This document shows positions 25,745-38,475 of a DNA stretch of 64,000 bases, piece after piece. Origin of the DNA: the human T2T-CHM13v2.0 reference genome, Homo sapiens; NCBI RefSeq assembly GCF_009914755.1, contig NC_060936.1; one strand, 5' to 3'. A model generated the notes under the pieces. That model was not told where the DNA came from and searched no databases. It was given only the letters and a program-made list of their open reading frames with translations. A program made the translations under genes and the position numbers. Each line of letters opens with the position of its first letter. The stretch's first letter is position 1.

Positions 25745-26045
25745 TCAAAGAAGTAGTGCTGGCTACCTTGCCAAGTCAACCCCCAAATCTCAATGTTGAA
25801 CACAATGGAGGGTTACTTTTTGCTCACATAAATTCCAGTTGGCCCTGGGGGACAGTAAAGTGTGTGGTATGTGCAGTAGAGGGGATTTCTGCTCCAAATA
25901 GACATTCAGGAACCCAATCTGTTAGAGATTTTGCTTTCTTCAACATAGAACCCAATCAACTGGACATTTCTAACTATAATGTAATCTAGAAATGAAGTCT
26001 AGCCATATACCCAGGAGAAAAGGGAATAGCTAATCTTTGCCGCAA
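25745..26045 (-). mobile_element. Old MLT1 (I/J-like) LTR fragment
   Basis: caacccccaaatctcaatg...tttttgctcacat...cattcaggaaccca. Confidence 0.45.
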
Positions 26046-26684
26046 TATGCACAAGCGATGCTACCTAGAAGTGTCAAGAAGAAAGTTTGAACTATTATAT
26101 CTGTAATCATATAGAAATATACATATGTGTATCTCTATATGTGTATATACATATAAAGCAACACAACAAATTCTGACAGAATATGCCTTTAAAGCATAAT
26201 ATCTAATAACATACTTTTTGAATGTCTCCATATGATATCAGTAGGCTATGCTTCAGTAAATTCATTTTATAGTTTGGAAGCAATGACTATATTACTTTTT
26301 TTTTTTTTTTTTGCTCATTCCTCTAAGAATAGAGTAGTGAGAACTTTAAATCACACTTGCCTAAGGATTCAAAAGTAAAGCTTTTGTGGGCGGAAGTATA
26401 TTTATATACACATCATATAAATAATCTTATTTGTGTTTTGAGGCACTGAAAACAGCATAGAAAAGCAATACAGACATCTCATTGAGTGAATATAAAAAAA
26501 CTTATTGTGAGTACACACGTTGCTGGAGTATTGAAGAGTAAATAATACAGATTTGCTTGATGTTTGCATAGCTCAGTCTGCAATTCTACAATGAGACATT
26601 TTACAGAAAAATTAATTTTTCAAAATAAATCACTTTGTCTAAGTCTAATAAACACAATATCAGATTAACCCATTTCTTTCTATA

Positions 26685-26900
26685 ATACATTTATGTGTAT
26701 ACATATACACATATATGTAAATAGATATACGTGTGTATATATACATATACAAGTACATATATACATAGATACATATATGTACGTGTACATAGATACATAT
26801 ATGTACGTGTACATAGATACATATATGTACGTGTACATAGATACATATACTATATATATTTTACATATACATATATTTTACATATATTTATATATATATA
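26685..26900. repeat. (TA/CA/TG)-rich low-complexity tract containing a 24-bp minisatellite
   Basis: acatagatacatatatgtacgtgt in ~3.6 perfect copies at 26763-26849. Confidence 0.9.
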
Positions 26901-27696
26901 AATATTCATACTACCTTCATAATTCTTGTACCTCAACCCTGGGCAATCAGTGAGCTCTAGTAGGAAGATCCAGCATCCAAGTTTGCAGTTGATGAAAATG
27001 AAACACAGGCCTCAGATTATTTTTCTTAGGGTTAAGTAGAGGGAAATAAGCCTCAGCATTTTCTTTTTTAAGTATAATCCCAGGACTTACTCTACTCTGT
27101 TGTAAGCGATTTCCCCACACATTGCACATACTTAATCGTAGAATTATGGGATTCCAGATTTGTTTATCTCTGCAACAAATCAGCAGTATGACTCAGAACT
27201 CGTATCACTGGGCCAATGTTCTGTGTGTTCCAGAACTGAAAGATGCTCGCCTTCAAAGTGGACTTCATGCCTTTCCTGTCGGTAACTCTGCATTCAATAT
27301 GTCAACTTCAAGTTAAACTGTACCCCAAGAGCATAGTAAATGCATTTGATGCCTGGAGCGGTGAATGTCAATTAGTTACAAGTGTTCAAAAGGCTCCTGA
27401 CAGGCAGGTTACATTATTTCTGAATGAGGATTTCCAATTGCTTTAAAGACATTTTCAATAATATCAACAGGTGGCAAAACTGTTGAATTCTTTTGCCACT
27501 TATCTTTGCTACCATTCCATTAGAATCCTGTGCTTTTCTATGGTGTCTAACAAAGCCTAGTGCTGGCCTGCGTGTAATGAAAATTTTCTTTCCTTGTTTT
27601 CCCTGTGTTTTATTCTCACCAAAGTAGTAATAAAAGTACAAAGAAAACCTTTAATCACTTTCAGGAAAGGGTTTAAAAAGTCAAAATGACTTACAA

Positions 27697-27865
27697 CAGC
27701 TTCTCAAATTTTCATAGACATAAAAATGAACTGAGGATTTTGTGAAAAGGCACATTACGTATGATTCAATAGGTGTTGAAATCACCTTAGATTGTGTATT
27801 TCTAATAAGATCCTAGATAATACTGTTGTTTCAGGTCTACAGACAAAAATTTGAGTGGCGAGGAA
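27697..27865. mobile_element. MER5A-like MITE
   Basis: cagcttctcaaattt...tatttctaataagatcctagataatactg...ggtctacagacaaaaatttgagtggc. Confidence 0.6.
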
Positions 27866-29254
27866 TAATGTCAGTGGTCTACAAGACTAAAACTTGGGCA
27901 CTAGCCTAAAACGTGTCTATATATTTAGGTCTCTCATTTGCTGATTAGAATAAGGTAAAATATATTCTTTCAATATATAAATGTTGTTAGGCATATTTAG
28001 ATCTACTAGTAGCCACTCATAATTGAACTTTAATCCCTGGCAATTAACAAGTTATAACAGAAAGGGCCAGCAGTCCCAGGAATGTAGCCTGGAGAGACTT
28101 ATTCCTAAAATCTGGAGAACAAATGGAGCAAACTAGAAATTTGGTATAATAATTTACTTAATGGTTGTCTGATTCAAGAACCACAGTGAAATGTAGATCT
28201 ATCTGTGCATCCCTAGTATTTAGCATAGTTCCTGGAACTTAGGTATTTCTTAGTAAATGCTGAATGAATTTTTTTAAAGTTCAATGATTTTTAATTGTCA
28301 AGAGATGTTAATAACAGAAGGCCTATTTCAATGGCCTAAATGAGTTGGAATAGGTTAATCTTCCTGCTAGAGATATTTTCCCCTACATAAGTATATTAAA
28401 TAAAGGATGTGCTTTCCATCTTATCTAATATGAATCAGTTTGGCAAGAGACTCTTATTGTCCTCAAGAAATAATCCAAGGAAGAAATCACCAAATGGAAG
28501 ATAGAGAAGATAACTTACATGTGATAAGTTAGAAAATAGAAGAAGGTAAAGTAGAGAATAAGATAATAAATTCTGGCTAATGAAATATGTAAAAAGTATT
28601 GTGTCTGGCATCAACTACACATTAAATATTTTAGTGAATGAACAGTTGTGATTTTCCTCCATAAAAGTTGAATCCATCTTTTTAGAGAAGAAACTCATTA
28701 GTTTCATAGTAGGGAAAGCAAATAAATTTGACTCCAGGAATAATATATATGTATATAGTGTAGTGTGTGTTGTTTCAGTGCTGAAAATTAGACACATAGC
28801 TGCAGATAATATACAAGAGAAATGTTCTTCTCATAGTAGTACTTGTCTAAGAGCTACCAAAACTGAACACTGTGTTACATCATAACAAGTTCAAATCACC
28901 TAAAGCTTATAAAGGACCATGCACTTTGAGAGACTCTGGGACACCAAACTCTTACTGGAACTAAATACTTTCCTGAGCAATGAACAATGGAACCTGTTTT
29001 AGTTAGCTGTGTTCAAACATACAGAATCATCTGAGACATATCTGGAATGCAAGTTTTCAATCCTTAATTTGCATAACCATCATGAACTAATTCTAACACT
29101 TTAAATCCCTCGAAATTTCTCCTTTGCCCAGGAGGTTAATAAACTAGCTATTTAAAAATCTCTGGTGTTCTTTGTTATTCTTTAACAATTGCTGGATTGG
29201 CCAGTTTCCATGAAGTTATATATTTGCTAAGGAGGAAAAAGGTTTAAAGCATCA

Positions 29255-30035
<781 letters not shown>

Positions 30036-30078
30036 ATTACAGTAATTCTCAGGGAAAAAGGACTCCCAGTAGTACACA

Positions 30079-30431
30079 GGAGAATCTTACAGTAATTCAA
30101 AAGTGAAAGCAAGTGAGATGATGGAAATAAAATGTGTTTACAGAACTCTGTGTATCAATGTACAGAATATAAAGAGGGATACTTGGAAATATGAGTTATC
30201 GTCATGATCATTATTATTAACAAAGAAAATGTAAAAACAAGTATTAAGTTATACTTCATTAAGCTATGGACTTTAATCTACAAAAAGGATAATATTATTC
30301 AGATTTTATTTGAGGAAAATGAAGAAGAGGAAGGTAACCAACATTATCAAGGTCATTCAGGTATAGAAAACCGAAGAGGAGACAGAAGTAGCAACTGGAA
30401 TTCAGACATCAACAGGAGCAGAAGGATATAA
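30079..30431 (+). mobile_element. Probable ancient RTE-clade LINE ORF C-terminal remnant (MamRTE1/L4-like)
   Basis: Translates GESYS..K..MEIKCVYRTLCI and then ..QG..IENRRG..W.SDI. This resembles the RTE C-terminal motifs GxESW..FEMWCYRRxLxI and EGKRRRGRxxxxWxDxI. Confidence 0.45.
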
Positions 30432-30758
30432 ATTTAGAACATACATTTTAATTAATATGATCTTGTTAGAATAATATACATTCCACAGAATATATTAAAT
30501 ATAAGTACAGTTTAAAGAATGAGTATACTGCAAATATTAGTATATCCACCACCATGGGCATGAAACTGAATGTTGTCAGAACTCTAGAAACTTCTCAAGT
30601 GTCCTTGCAGATCAACCCTTACCTACCCATCTCAGAAATAACTACTATCCTGACTTTTGTGATAATAATTTTTTATTCTAAGTACTTTTTTCCGCTTATA
30701 GACTCCTAAACTGTGAAATCGTTTTGCTTGTTTTTGAACCTTACATAAACAAAGTCAT

Positions 30759-31117
30759 TGCAATGAACTGAATGTGTGTGTCTCCACAATTCATATGTTG
30801 AAACCCTAATCCCAATGTCATAATATTTGGACGTGGAATTTTGGAGAGTTAATTGGGTCATGAGGTGTAGCACTAATCTCTCATGAATTAGTGCTCTTAA
30901 AATAAGAGGCCACAGAACTGGCTAGCTCTGTTTCCACCGTGTGAGTATATAGGGAAATCAGCAGTCTCTAACCTGAAACAGGCTACTAACCTCTTGACCA
31001 TGCTAGCACCCTGATCTCAAACTTTCCAGCCTCCACCACTGAGAAAAATAAACTTTGTTGTTTATAAGTCCCCTAATCTATGATAGTTTGTTATAGCAGC
31101 CTGAACTGATGAAGACA
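30759..31117 (+). mobile_element. MLT1A-family solo LTR
   Basis: tgcaatgaactgaatgtgtgtgtctcc...attcatatgttgaaaccctaatccc...gttatagcagcctgaactgatgaagaca. Confidence 0.85.
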
Positions 31118-31160
31118 TTCCTATACTTTTCAGTATTTCAGGGGGAGAGTTACAATCGAC

Positions 31161-32200
31161 TGTATCAAACATAGGTATAGGACTAAGAACTGAGACTGCA
31201 CGTTGTCAGTATAAGTTAGTTGTTTGTACTCAGGAAATCCCTGCTTAGGAAAGATAAAACTATACATTGATAAATAACGCCATTGCTTGCTTCAGAAAAT
31301 TTATGTAAAAAAATTAGACAACTGCTCAAAACTTCGTTCAAGATTTTCACTGTTACGTCTATTCATCCACAAGTATGATGTCACAGGCTTTGCATAATTC
31401 CAGTTAGTTTCCTAACTCCAAAACCTCACCTTAAACCACTTAGGCCAAAACCTTAAAAGACTTCTGATTTTTGCCTTCTGAATCACTGCTAAGTCCTTGC
31501 TAAGATGGCGTTTTCCCTTACTGCAGTGACTTCCAGTAAATTTAACTTTTTGTCATTAACAGGCTATCTGGTAATACCTTGAGAAGTTCATCAAGCTTGG
31601 GGAACTTCGGGGAAGTCTTACTGAGATCCATGCAAGATTTCCTCACTACCATGGTTCAAATGCCTGGATTAAGAAATATTGTCCTCTGCGGAGGCCTTTT
31701 AAATCTCTCACTCAGAGGTCTTCTCAGACACAATTGTGAGATTACTCTTGCAGTGGGGCTCAGCACTGATTTCTGTTCTTTGAGCTCCAAATGTTAAATT
31801 TATTTTATATCCCAAAAGGCAGGATCTCCTTATAGAAGCTTTTGATTTTCTGATCAGATTTGAAATCTCTCATTCTTGGTGGAAATTTACCATGTGATTA
31901 CAAGTATTATTGTGTGTATCGTCTGCCCTTGGCAATTTACATTGTAAATCTATAAGAATGATTCTACAGGGACAGGATGGGCGTAAGCTCAACAAATGTG
32001 TCCTCGAACCAAGTCCTGAAAATCCCTTCAAGAATTTTCAAGTCCTTATAATGGTACTCTCCTCAGTTGTACTGGTAACTGATTTGTTTAGTTCTGGATT
32101 TGAAATTTTTATCTGGCTCTTGATTGGTGATAGACAGCCTGCTGGTTAATTTCTGAAGACATATTTTTGTATGGGCACCACTCTTAATGATCATTGCAAT
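31161..32200 (+). mobile_element. Old ERV1-type LTR (~31161-31593; MER89/90/110-like) with adjoining internal leader
   Basis: TG...CA termini, ccttactgcagt / agtaaatttaactt poly(A)-region motif, and a degraded PBS-like ttggggaacttcgggga immediately after. Confidence 0.45.
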
Positions 32201-33030
32201 TCTCCTGGGCCATTCACACTAAGGTCTTTAATCCACATGGAGCTGGTTTTTATGTGGAGTGTAAAGTAAATATTTAATTTCATTCTTCTTCCATATGTAT
32301 ACATAATTTCTCAGAACATTTATTGAAAAGTCTGTTTTCTCCACTAATTTAAAATGCCATTTCTGTCATATAGTGTATCCATATATGTGTGCATCTATTT
32401 CTATTGTATTCTTTTTGTCTTTTTGTGTAGGTTAAAACTACCATCACACTGTCCCAATGATCATATTTTATAATAAGCATTGAAATATATTAATACAATT
32501 CTACCTACCTTCTTCTTCTTTATGAGCATTTTGGCTATGTAAGCCCTTTTCATTATTTTGTACATTAAAAAATAAGCTGCTCAAGTTTGACCAAAATAGT
32601 AAAGATTTTGTTTGGGATGGCATTGAATCCATAAAATAGTCTGGGAAGAACTTACAGTCTTATGATATTGGGTATTTCCGTCATAAATGTGGTATATACC
32701 TCCTTTTGTTTGGGTCTTCTTTAATGTCCCTCAATTAAATTTCATAGCCTTTCTGACTATATTTCTGACTATATTATAAAAGATATCTTTTCAAAATTTC
32801 ATTTTCTAATTCGTTGTTAATGATACTATCCCCTATAAAGGGATAGCTCTCAATGTTTCACTTTTAAGTATGAAATTTGCTCTTAATATAGTGAAGGTAC
32901 CATTTAGAGAGTTCCTTTATACTCAAGTTTGCTAAGAATATTAATTGTTAATCATGAATATAAACTTTTATCAACAACTCCTCTGTTCATAATAGCACAA
33001 AAAACTTGATTTATTCTCCATGCTCTTTTT

Positions 33031-33380
33031 AAGCTGGAAACCATGTTTCTGAGCAAACTGTTGCAAGGACAGAAAACCAAACACTGCATGTTCTCACTCA
33101 TAGGTGAGAACTGAACAATAAGAACACTTGGACACAGGGAGGGGAACATCACACACCGGAGCCTGTCGTAGGGTGGGGGTTAGGGTGGGGGGAGGGGGGA
33201 GGGATAGCATTAGGAGATATACCTAATGTAAATGACGAGTTAATGGGTGCAGCACACCAACATGGTACATGTATACATATGTAACAAACCTGCACATTAT
33301 GCACACGTACCCTAGAACTTAAAGTATCATAAAAATAAAATAAAATAAAAGAGTCACCTGTCCTAAAAAAAAAAAAAAAA
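33031..33380 (+). mobile_element. L1PA4/5-like 3' fragment with double A-tail
   Basis: aagctggaaacc...gcaaggacagaaaacc...atacctaatgtaaatgacgagttaatgggtgcagcacaccaacatgg. Tail (A4-5T)n, 14-nt spacer, then A16. Confidence 0.9.
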
Positions 33381-33399
33381 TACAGCCAGCTGTCTGGTA

Positions 33400-33830
33400 G
33401 TCTCTAAGTATCTGATGGTCTGTATCTTCAAAGTATCAAAAATTTGACTACTTCTACCATCCCCAGTGGTGATGAGGCATTCAGGTTGAGGCTATTATCA
33501 TCAACCACCTGATTATTCAAAAAGCCTTCATCCTACTTGGATTCTTTGCTTTCATGCTTGTACAATCAGGGCAACATATTTAACATATAAATAAATCAGT
33601 CCACATGACATTTCAGCTCAAAATCCATCAATTGCTATCCACCTCACTCAGGTTAAAGGCCAGAGTTCTGTCCAGGACTTTCAAGGCTCTTCAGGATCTC
33701 CTCCTCCCTCTCCTGCCCCATGTGTGACCCCTCATTTCATTTTCTTACATTCTTCCCTATCTCTCTAGACTGCAGCATAATCACTTTCTTCCTGTTCCAT
33801 GAATATGCCAGGCTTGTCAAGACTTTGATA
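33400..33830 (+). mobile_element. L2 fragment
   Basis: ctacttctaccatcccc, cagctcaaaatccatcaattgctatccacctcactcagg, ctgttccatgaatatgccaggc. Confidence 0.65.
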
Positions 33831-34824
33831 TTGCTGATAAATTACAATGTCTATAATCATTTTGAGATGATTTCGGTTATACTATTGTATTGGTTCTTGA
33901 TTACAGTGTCATTTCTTTGTGTGCTGGGTTAGTTTTGACTATGAGTTGTTTATCTCCTTTTGGACTATTATTCTTATGAATTCTTTGAGGTTCAGGATGA
34001 GGTGCATTTCCCCAGGGGCACTTGCATTTATTTTCTGACAAGCAACTACAGCACTATTTCTTTAGATTTTACTAAATTAAATTTGTAACTTGAGGGGGTT
34101 TTCAGAGTACATAGATTATCTCATAGAGATCCACAAAGAGCCATCCAAGGGACATTTATCCCCTTCTCTCTGCTTGAAGCCAAGGTGGTTTTTAAATTCA
34201 GTCTCTCAGAACAGAGATGGGAGAAGGTTATTACTGGCTTATCTTTTCCCTACAAGTGTAGACATTTGGAGTTCCAGCTTTCTCTTCTATCCTACCCCCA
34301 GGCTTGACCAGTCATTGTATTTGATTTTGACCCTGTTCCACAAAAGGCTTTGATAACTAAAGCTCCATTTCTCCAGTTTGGCATATGTTCTCAGAAAAAT
34401 GTGGTTTCATAGATATGCTTACTCCCCTTGGTTCCTACCTTCCTTGGATTTACTATCTGTCATGTATTTAACAAGTTAAAACAATATTAAAAGCATTTTA
34501 GTTACTTTCAACACAAGAGATGGTTCAAATAACTTAGGGCATCATATCTATTGAAGTAGATTTTATACATCGTTTTTTCAATTATGTCATAAAGAGCATA
34601 AAAATGTTATGAAAAATTTTAAAAATTAAGGAATGAAGAAAAATCACCTAACAATGTACCATACTAATACAATTCATATTAACATTTCAATTTATACCAT
34701 ACAATTTCAATGCATATTTTCAAATATTTTAAAATTTTATGCACAATGTTGCATTGTTTCTACCATGTAGCACCTTACTAGAAATAGTGACACTTGTTGC
34801 TATATTAATAAACCATTTCTATAT

Positions 34825-35045
34825 TGTAGTGTTGATTAAGAACTCAAGAAATTGCTTATCTCTACTTTGTCACTTTTCCTGTGTGATCTAGAGTAAGCCA
34901 TACAAACTGTTTCTCATTTACCTCATCTCTAAAATTTGAGTAAACCTCCTAGAATTGCTGTAAGATGATTTAGTAAAATAATTTATCATGTAAATCACTT
35001 AAAACAATATTTGTCACATAAGAGGGACTTAGTAAATGTTTATTG
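34825..35045 (+). mobile_element. MIR SINE
   Basis: gtagtgttgattaagaac...cctcatctctaaaat...atgtaaatcacttaaaacaat...tagtaaatgttt. Confidence 0.6.
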
Positions 35046-35099
35046 TAATTGTGTATTTTAATAGTCATATTTATTTTAAATTAATAGTCATAGTTAATC

Positions 35100-35920
35100 T
35101 ACCAGGCCTCATAATGAGCAACTCATTTATAATTATTTTTACTGCTGGTTTATTTCAAATAATTCTAAATTGCTTTAACTAGTATGAGTAATACTATGAT
35201 GGGCATCATGAAATACCAGCTTTCTCTTATTTCTTTAGGAAAAATTCTCAAAACAGAATTATATGAATACATGCATATATTTATTGCTTTGGCATGTAAT
35301 GCCAAATATAAACACAAAAAGATTGCACTGAACTGCATAAAGTCTCTGCCTAGCTTAAGTTTTATAATGTTTGATTATTGCTAGACTATTTTGTTTTCAT
35401 TTTGACTTGTGTCCAATTACCTGTAAAACTTAACGTATTTCCATATGCTTATCATTTGTACTTCTGCTTGTGAAAAGTATGTATTAATATATTCTCATTT
35501 ATCTTTTAAGATAAGTTTCTATTGATTTTTAAAATTTTTAATATAATAAAGAGATTGTTCCTACTTTGTTTGGCTTTTAATCCTGTTTTGTGTTTTTGCA
35601 TGAAGAAATTTATACTGTTTATATCTTTATAGTTTCCTTAGGGATTTCTTCTTACTTTCTAAACTAAGGAAATTTTTACCTTGAAGATATTTAATAGACA
35701 GTATTTTTCTTGTTTGGTTAAAGTTCAGTGTTTACATTAGCTATTTGATTCAAATTCTATTTATTTGGTATATTATGCTATGTAAAGAACCTAACAATCT
35801 TTTCTCAGTTGCTAACTATATACTCCAAATCTATTAAGTAAGTAACTGCCTCTTCATTGATCTTAAATTCTTTTTATTATTCACTGTGTTAAAATGCAAA
35901 AGGTGATTTTTTTGTTTGTA
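35100..35920 (-). mobile_element. Highly degraded antisense L1ME
   Basis: aatgccaaat...gattgcact, tttccatatgcttatcatttgtacttct motifs. Confidence 0.45.
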
Positions 35921-36114
35921 TTCGATGTAAACTAATATGTTTATGATTTCTATCTATAAGGTATATTTTATTTTTATATAGGGAAGGAATCCCTATTTAA
36001 AAACAAATTAACAATAAACAGATTTGGGGATTACCAATATATTTGTGCTGAAGGATAGGTATCCTCATTCTCTATTAGCTGGCAAGTGGGAAAGTAATCA
36101 ACCCGTCTAGTTCA

Positions 36115-36342
36115 TTTCTAATGTTACAGCCAGTTGGATTGGAACATAAAGAAGAACTCTCACAATTGGAGCTTTTCAACTGGAATTGAACATCTCAGGA
36201 AGCAATGAGTTCCCCTTCACCAACTGTAGTTGAAGAAAGTAGTTAAACAAGGACTTGCTGCCAATTTGGGAATTTCTATTGAGTTCTTGTTGTTTTATTT
36301 TAAAAGACTCCAAGGTCCATTTCAGCTTTAAGATTGCATGCT
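36115..36342 (+). mobile_element. L3 (CR1) 3' end
   Basis: ggaagcaatgagttccccttcacc...gactccaaggtccatttcagctttaagattgcatg, resembling the CR1/L3 3' terminus. Confidence 0.6.
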
Positions 36343-37817
36343 TCTTTTAATCCATCTGTGAATAAGGTTTTTTCACAGTATAAGATTTAGAGAGTAGGAG
36401 TATTGGGTTAACTTTTGCATAGCTCTTGAACCATAGAGCAAATCATTTGCTTCATTTAACTTCTATTTGAATGACCAAATTTGCAAAGATTCTCATCAAG
36501 TTTAATGTCTACACTTAACTGTACTCTTTCTTATAAGTATACAGTGAAGTCCTAGCAAATTAAGTTCATACCTAAGAGAAACACAAGGCTTATTTATAAG
36601 TTCCCAGGTGGTTTTAGAAGTTGAGTAAAACAACCAACTGGACTTACCCAACAGTGGTTTCATGCCATTACTGAGAGAGTACAATAGATATTATCTACTT
36701 GAAGGAGGATAATGATGTTGAATCTATAAAACCATACATAAAACTACGTTGAAAGCAAAGCTATGTCTCATCCATTCAGATATTGAGGAAACAAATATAT
36801 TATAGAATTATAGGCTATTTTAAATAAAGACGTATAAGACAATAAATCAAAAGTTTAACAAAATATGACCTGATAGAAGCAAAACTACATTTATTCTGTG
36901 AAAGGTATTCTTTCAACAAATAGACAGGCATTATTACAATTAATATAACAAATAAACTTAAGTAGACGCACTTAGGATTAAAAAGTTTGGTTTCCCTCAT
37001 AGCTTAAAAAATATTGATAGATCTGTAACCTATTAATATGCCTGTTAATCTCTTTTCTGTGATAATCTACATTAGTCTTAACCTAAAATAATCAAAATGT
37101 TTATGCAGACAATTTCCTTGATGAAACTGTAATACACTGATAGCATTACCTGTAGAGCAAAGAGAATGCTATAGAAATATACCTCACAAAAGAGAGAAAA
37201 ACCTACAGTTTTTTGGATGACTCTTAAAGGAGGCTCAGTCCTGAAATTTCTGCTTCCCTGACATAAATAAATTATTTACACAGGTCACAACTAATTGCAT
37301 ATTTTGGTACTTCGCATTCTGCTGCGTGGCTGCAAACACAACCTGAGCTGTTGACATGGTACAGATGGTTCACAGTTCCTGGAACAAACTCAGAAGAATT
37401 TGTAATGAATGATCATCGTTTCAAAAATTTTGCATTTTTCCTCTTCTTTGCAGGAACTGTTTAGTACAATTTTCATTGTAAAACACAAATGCACAAAGTT
37501 GTGTCACACATTTGAAAAAGAACATTTTTTACAAATAATTTGACATCAAAATGTCGAGTAAACAATTTCAATGATAGTGTGTTTTAGCGTGATTAAATAT
37601 TTTAGAAGAAACAACATGAATATTTTCCTGCATCTCACTTTACTCAAATATTCAATGAAAACAATACCCACCTCACTGGGTATTGAAAAGAAGAATAAAT
37701 AGAAAGCCTAAGGGTTATGTTAAATGTCAACACATATTTTCATTATTATTGCTTAGAGTTTAATTCAATGAGATCTATCTATTTTCAATTTCATATATAA
37801 TTATGAACTTGTAATAG

Positions 37818-38475
37818 TGTAGGGCCTCAGAAAATGATGCCCCAAAGTATGGCTCATTGACATGCTGAGTACTGTAAACTGAAGGGAATCAGGAGGGCCT
37901 CAGAAGAGACAGTCTCTGACCTTCTCATAGTACTTTTTCTTGCACACTCCTTTATCCTCCAACATGAATCACAGAAATAAGAATTTCTCTTCCCCAAGGC
38001 AGGTCACAGAACTCCTATCCTCCAACGCAAGCCATAAAACCTAGAAAGGTCACTCTTTGACCTACCTCCCCTGAAAGTAGTTCATATGACCCTTGTGTGA
38101 CAAGTGTCCTGTCCTATACCTCAGGGGAAGGGATGACTCTACGAAACCATAGCCTAAAAAAGAGAGGCTAAGAAGGATCTGAACAAACAGGTTTTGCAGG
38201 GTTTCCCCCAGTTTATTACCATCATGTTCTTTTTGTCCAGTCAAATTTCTCTGCAAATATCCATGTGTTTTGTCGATCCAACATAAAAATATACAGTATT
38301 CCTTGGGTCTTTGTGTCTTCATTTCTGAAGGGTTCTATTTCATGTGAAACTTTGTTACATAAATGTATTGTGCTTTTCTCTTACAAATCTGTTTCTTCTC
38401 TTAAATCTGTTAGGAATATCAGTCATGGACCTTGAGATGGGTGAGGAAAATACATTACTTTTTTGCTCATATACT
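37818..38475 (+). mobile_element. ERV1 solo LTR of the MER39/LTR48/LTR29 group
   Basis: tgtagggcctcagaaaatgatgccccaaagtatgg...ctcttccccaaggcaggtca...gccataaaacctagaaagg...gtcttcatttctgaagg. Confidence 0.7.

Larger units (their letters stand above)
30445..32975 (-). mobile_element. Antisense L1M/L1ME pieces (~30445-30758, ~32210-32975) split by LTR elements
   Basis: aactactatcctgacttttgtg, ttttgaaccttacataaa, taatccacatggagctggttttt, gggatggcattgaatccata, tcaatgtttcacttttaagtatga. Confidence 0.7.

Noticed and set aside
26693-26953. ORF with IDTYMYVY repeats / CRISPR-like periodicity
   Set aside because: It is the translation of a spacer-less minisatellite in eukaryotic low-complexity DNA.
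37425-37460. Acceptor-like tttttcctcttctttgcag
   Set aside because: No matching donor or open frame downstream. Such signals are common by chance.
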